A stretch of 64,000 nt of DNA, taken from IMG/VR virus record IMGVR_UViG_3300013426_000019, positions 32,001-96,000 of that record, one strand, 5' to 3'. Both the position numbers and the translations under genes were made by a program. The notes below the pieces were generated by a model. The model did no database searches. It had not been told where the DNA came from and was given only the letters and a program-made list of their open reading frames with translations. The stretch is from a virus. Its lineage: Duplodnaviria > Caudoviricetes. The stretch's first letter is position 1, and the number at the start of each line of letters is the position of its first letter. Positions 60,039-64,000 of this stretch are shown piece by piece.

Positions 60039-60392
60039 TTAATAGATGCCCGCTACAGTACCCTTAATTAATTTATACAGTGTTTCTATATCTTTTGAAG
60101 ATAAGGTGAGCGATCCTATAATAGGTACAGGCTGATTTATAGGTCCAACCTTTTCAGCTATTTCGTGGAACGTATCATACAAACCATCTAGTTCGATATT
60201 ATTATTCTCATCTAAGTATCCACTACTCATTAAGGTTGTTCTATTCTTATTTATATAATCCTTAGCTGTTGGCGCAAAGATTCTAACCGCAGCAGGTATG
60301 CACCATTTTCTCCAGTCATCTATTTTAGGACATAATTCTTGCACAGCGAACGCATATGCACCATCTTCGAAGTTCTTTATACTTACTTTCAT
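60039..60392 (-). CDS. hypothetical protein
   Basis: ORF with AGGAG RBS. Confidence 0.65.
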   Translation of the reverse strand: MKVSIKNFEDGAYAFAVQELCPKIDDWRKWCIPAAVRIFAPTAKDYINKNRTTLMSSGYLDENNNIELDGLYDTFHEIAEKVGPINQPVPIIGSLTLSSKDIETLYKLIKGTVAGIY

Positions 60393-60481
60393 TCTTAATT
60401 AATCTCCTAGTAGCGGGTTTATTATTCTTTAATCATAAGAGGAGGTGTTAGCTCCTCTTATTTTTCCTTCTAGACTTTTTC

Positions 60482-60997
60482 TTAAGTCGTTGAACCTGTT
60501 GTTGTTGAGGTTGGATTGGTCCAGCTATTGTATAGGGGCATTGGATTTGGACAAACATTACCAGATGGGATAACCATTTTAGTTAGACTCTGTAACTGAG
60601 CAACCTGACCCTGTAAGCATCCAATATTAGCAGTATTTGTAGCATTATATACAGCCTGCTGAGTGAACTTATTATTATAATCTGCTTCGAACTGTCTTCT
60701 CCAAGTATCGAAGTAAGTATAGATCTCCAATCCTTTTTGATCGACTGCCTTCTCTGCTTTTCCTAATGCGATTTCCTGTTCAAGTTTAGCAATCTGCATA
60801 TCCTTAGCAGAGTCATATCTTGTAACATATTCATCTTCTGCATGAAGAGGTGTGCCATTAACCATCCCTCTGCCTCCAAACATATTACCTAAGCCATTAA
60901 GTAGATTAGGACCTAATACCCCAAGACCTGTTCCAATTGCACCTAATGTAACACCGAGATTACCTTTGCCATTACTAGCATAATTAATTTCTGCCAT
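60482..60997 (-). CDS. hypothetical protein with Gly-zipper-like N-terminus and coiled coil
   Basis: YASNGKGNLGVTLGAIGTGLGVL; QQAVYNAT. Confidence 0.7.
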   Translation of the reverse strand: MAEINYASNGKGNLGVTLGAIGTGLGVLGPNLLNGLGNMFGGRGMVNGTPLHAEDEYVTRYDSAKDMQIAKLEQEIALGKAEKAVDQKGLEIYTYFDTWRRQFEADYNNKFTQQAVYNATNTANIGCLQGQVAQLQSLTKMVIPSGNVCPNPMPLYNSWTNPTSTTTGSTT

Positions 60998-61216
60998 TTT
61001 CTTCCTTTCTCCTTTAGAGTTTCTCGTAGAGATTCTATTTCTCCCTTCTAGCTAGCTATTACTTCTCTCTACATTATATTTGGTCTTTTTTGGATCCTAG
61101 ATAGTGGCATGTGTTTTTATTTTTGTTTTAAGTTTGTGTTAGATTTATTTAAGTATTGTTTTAATTTTGCAACATTGTTGATTTAAGAACACCTCATTTT
61201 CAGAGGTGTTTATATT

Positions 61217-61474
61217 CTATACAGGGTAATCTATTAACTTTAGGTAATTCCAGAGTCTCTTAGCAACTCTTTCCTTATTATAGTTGAACTGACTTATTGA
61301 CATATTTAAGGTGTTGGCTATCTCTGCTATACCTTTCATATCATAGATGTAGGCAGTGATAGCATACGTCTCTCTATCAGACATTTCACATTCAATGCAT
61401 AATCTTCTTAATTCAACTTTAGGTAGGTATCGTATACTTCTTATAAACTCTTTAAGATCGAAGTTTTCTGACAT
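61217..61474 (-). CDS. sigma-region-4-like HTH protein
   Basis: MSDRE...GIAEIANTLNMS; ATG at MSENF preferred. Confidence 0.6.
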   Translation of the reverse strand: MSENFDLKEFIRSIRYLPKVELRRLCIECEMSDRETYAITAYIYDMKGIAEIANTLNMSISQFNYNKERVAKRLWNYLKLIDYPV

Positions 61475-61880
61475 ATTTCTCGTATTTTTGCGCAAACTTT
61501 TCCCTTAGTTTTGCGATATTTAGGTAGTTTAACTTTTTCACTTTGCATTTAAGGTTCTTTAATATAGCACAATATATACAAGTCGGAGCATCAATAGTAA
61601 GTCCTCCTAATACTATCTCAGTGATTCTTCATTTGTTTTTCTTGAGTTTTACTCTTCTCCCCTATTATTATTAGTGCTATTTAAGCCACCTCAACCCTAT
61701 GATTTTAAGCTGTTTTTAAGACTTTTTCTCAATTAATTTTCAAGGATTATTCAATTAAGAGTTAGGGTGTCTATTATCTTTTGTTTTGCATTTTAACAAT
61801 TTAAGAACTTCTTGAAGATCCTCTGAGGCCAACACTAGCGTGGCCTCTTCTATTATTCTTTTCATTTTTCTTTGACTCAT

Positions 61881-62456
61881 TTAACTATTTCCTCCCCATC
61901 CTACAATTTCACTTCCATCAAGATACTCATAGTGTAACATTAACTCCAAGCCATCTGCTGTTGCCAGAGTATTACTTAGTACTGCTTTAGGTATGAGGAC
62001 AATTACACCAGATGATTCTTCAAGCCCTATAAACCCTACAATTCTAATCTCGTCAGGACGGCATTCCCCATTATTCAGGCTAGTTAAGGTTTTGCGTCTA
62101 ATCCACTTGCCTCTCAGTTTATCCCTTACTTCCTTCTTGGATAAGTTGAGAGCTCTACCCTCACCTCTATCTATAATTATAGCAGCTACGCAGTGGGTAT
62201 GTTTGGAGCGCTCCACCTCATTATCTTTGTATGCATTCTCTACTACGCAGAAGGGAGAGTACTCTCCTAAGCTTAAGTCAGTGTTCACATGTTTAAGGGT
62301 ATGCCTGTAGACATCTCTGTCGGAGTAACTATTATTAGCCATAGACAACAACTCAGCAACATCATCAGAGGCAAAGACTGTTGTACCTATAGCGTCTTTA
62401 AGCCTATAATCCAGAGGGTTGAGTATGACGTCATTATAAGTATATTTATATCTCAT
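61881..62456 (-). CDS. hypothetical phage protein
   Basis: C-terminal LNLS...R.KL..KW...I.GF...EL...YEYLDGS shared with 62453..62719. Confidence 0.65.
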   Translation of the reverse strand: MRYKYTYNDVILNPLDYRLKDAIGTTVFASDDVAELLSMANNSYSDRDVYRHTLKHVNTDLSLGEYSPFCVVENAYKDNEVERSKHTHCVAAIIIDRGEGRALNLSKKEVRDKLRGKWIRRKTLTSLNNGECRPDEIRIVGFIGLEESSGVIVLIPKAVLSNTLATADGLELMLHYEYLDGSEIVGWGGNS

Positions 62457-62719
62457 TCGCTTAGAACCTTCTTACCTATAGTTGAACCATCTAGGAACGT
62501 ACAGGCATTGAACAACTCCTCTGCGGTATAGTACTCTTCATTGCCTAACAGGACTCTTACGTCCTCCTTGGCTTCATCGTTCTCGTAGACTATATCATAA
62601 GTGAATCCTATTATCATATATTCACTATTACTTGCTTTAAGCTTAACCCACTCCTTATCCTTTAAGTACTTCCTATCTACAGGACTACTTAAGTCCAGTG
62701 CTACCCAATTGTTCTTCAT
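62453..62719 (-). CDS. hypothetical phage protein
   Basis: GGAGG RBS; paralogous to C-terminus of downstream gene. Confidence 0.65.
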   Translation of the reverse strand: MKNNWVALDLSSPVDRKYLKDKEWVKLKASNSEYMIIGFTYDIVYENDEAKEDVRVLLGNEEYYTAEELFNACTFLDGSTIGKKVLSE

Positions 62720-62730
62720 CCTATTCCTCC

Positions 62731-63096
62731 TTAATGTAGGTTATATACTTCTAAGGGCTTACCACCCCACTTACCTCTTGATGTATAGTAGGGGCAAGGC
62801 TTAATGATCATTGTGTCTCCTATTAGGTTGTAAGTTACAGCCTTAACGGGTCCAATCTTAACAGGCTTCTTGTCTCTATATAGTGGTTGGCAATGTTGAG
62901 GAGCATTGAAGTAATGGGGACCTTCTAGGCCATCATCGTAAGTTGTAATACACTCAATCTCTTGAACCTTAACCCTCTTAGCTGTGTAACCCTCAACAGA
63001 GTAGAACTTATACCCCAGAATCTCCGAGTCATATGTAAACTTGGCTGCTATAATAGATCCTTTAGATAATAATCCTTCAGATACCCGCGCTGTCAT
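62731..63096 (-). CDS. hypothetical phage protein
   Basis: AAGGAG RBS and TTGACC..TATTAT promoter. Confidence 0.65.
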   Translation of the reverse strand: MTARVSEGLLSKGSIIAAKFTYDSEILGYKFYSVEGYTAKRVKVQEIECITTYDDGLEGPHYFNAPQHCQPLYRDKKPVKIGPVKAVTYNLIGDTMIIKPCPYYTSRGKWGGKPLEVYNLH

Positions 63097-63188
63097 ATTA
63101 TATGATCTCCTTATCTATATATATATAATATAATATTTGGGGAGTAAGGTCAACCCCTGGGTTGATATTATTATAAGAGAGGTACACT

Positions 63189-63341
63189 ATGAAGAGTGTT
63201 GCAGCGGAGGTATTGATGGAGTTGCTTAATCGAGGAGGGGGTAGAGTAGAGGAAGACGAACTTAGGGATCTCATAGATCTTAAGAGGCAAGAACTTAACT
63301 TAGAACTTAACACAAACCCACTTGAATCTTCTAAGCATTGA
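63189..63341 (+). CDS. 50-aa hypothetical protein
   Basis: GAGG RBS; MKSVAAEVLMELLNRGGG...; not in ORF track. Confidence 0.45.
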   Translation: MKSVAAEVLMELLNRGGGRVEEDELRDLIDLKRQELNLELNTNPLESSKH

Positions 63342-63356
63342 GGTTATATTATAGAT

Positions 63357-64000
63357 ATGTGCAGTACAGTAAGAAGAGAGTTTATAATGTGTCGTAATTG
63401 CCCACAGCGAACACAAGGCAAACCATCTAACATACCAGATGGTTATTATTATGATACCCTTAATGGAGTACAGATCCTTAAAGAGTGTTCTTGTCATATT
63501 AAGTGGCGCAAGGCTAACGAAGTATACTATAAGTTAATCAATGCTAACCTTAAGGATAATCCTTATGGCTTTGAGGATTATAAGGGCACAAAGAGCCTAG
63601 AGGATGTAAGAGCTTTAGAGTATGTGTCTCAACACTTCGACAAGTTCCTAACTCGTAAGATGATATACCTATATGGTCCTAATGGCACCCAGAAGACTTC
63701 TATGTCGCAGGTCTTAGGTAAGTCCTTAATCGAGCAGGGTTATAAGGTGCAGTATATCTTAATGCAGGAACTTCTCAATAACCTTATGCCTGACTTCGAT
63801 GAGACAGATAATGATAAGAAGGCAGTCATTAAAAGGTATATGGAGACTGATCTCCTAATCATAGATGAAGCCTTCGATAAGAGTAAGGTGACTTTGTATA
63901 ACTCAGGCTATCAGATCCCGTTCCTAGATAACTTCTTGAGAACACGCTTCGAGATCAATAAAGGTTCTATATTGTTTATAAGTAATAAGAAGCCCGAAGA
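63357..64000 (+). CDS. DnaC/IstB-like AAA+ ATPase (helicase loader), partial
   Basis: Own translation: CRNC...ECSC Zn motif, YLYGPNGTQKT (variant Walker A), LLIIDE, ISN; open to window end. Confidence 0.8.
   Translation, partial: MCSTVRREFIMCRNCPQRTQGKPSNIPDGYYYDTLNGVQILKECSCHIKWRKANEVYYKLINANLKDNPYGFEDYKGTKSLEDVRALEYVSQHFDKFLTRKMIYLYGPNGTQKTSMSQVLGKSLIEQGYKVQYILMQELLNNLMPDFDETDNDKKAVIKRYMETDLLIIDEAFDKSKVTLYNSGYQIPFLDNFLRTRFEINKGSILFISNKKPE

Noticed and set aside
1-64000. CRISPR array, tRNA or rRNA genes
   Set aside because: No repeat-spacer array or cloverleaf seen by eye; the periodic sequences are coding repeats. A tRNAscan/Infernal run is needed to exclude them fully
1-64000. Stop-codon reassignment as in some large gut phages
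   Set aside because: Long ORFs (up to 2368 aa) are intact in the standard code, and TAA, TAG and TGA all end plausible genes

Overview
A 64-kb segment of a large tailed (jumbo-type, probably myovirus) phage genome, standard genetic code. The backbone carries a neck-like protein, an HU-like protein, acidic putative head proteins, a SNF2 helicase, five fibre-like proteins with a shared N-terminal motif (one of 2368 aa with CotH-kinase-like, LRR-like and DUF6273-like parts) and a partial DnaC-like ATPase. The terminase large subunit is fractured into two genes by a split class-3 (Ala1, W-C-T) intein with a free-standing homing endonuclease between the halves. There are two TnpB-only IS200/IS605 elements and two 36-46 bp collapsed copies of their ends. 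The main feature is two AT-rich islands (~0.3-13.8 kb and ~47.8-56.6 kb) with ten radical SAM enzymes, an Fe-S aldo/keto reductase, a methyltransferase, a GT2 glycosyltransferase and a DegV protein, with a DAK2 gene just outside the second island. They also hold large repeat 'precursor' proteins: a His-every-third protein, a 46-Cys protein whose spacing switches from CXXX to CXXXX, and a 12-Cys peptide. The two large precursors share a non-repeat helical scaffold, and the Cys operon sits behind the ACTAATT motif found before structural genes. This suggests a phage RiPP-like system that hypermodifies virion proteins. All family calls come from motif recognition by eye; no searches were run.
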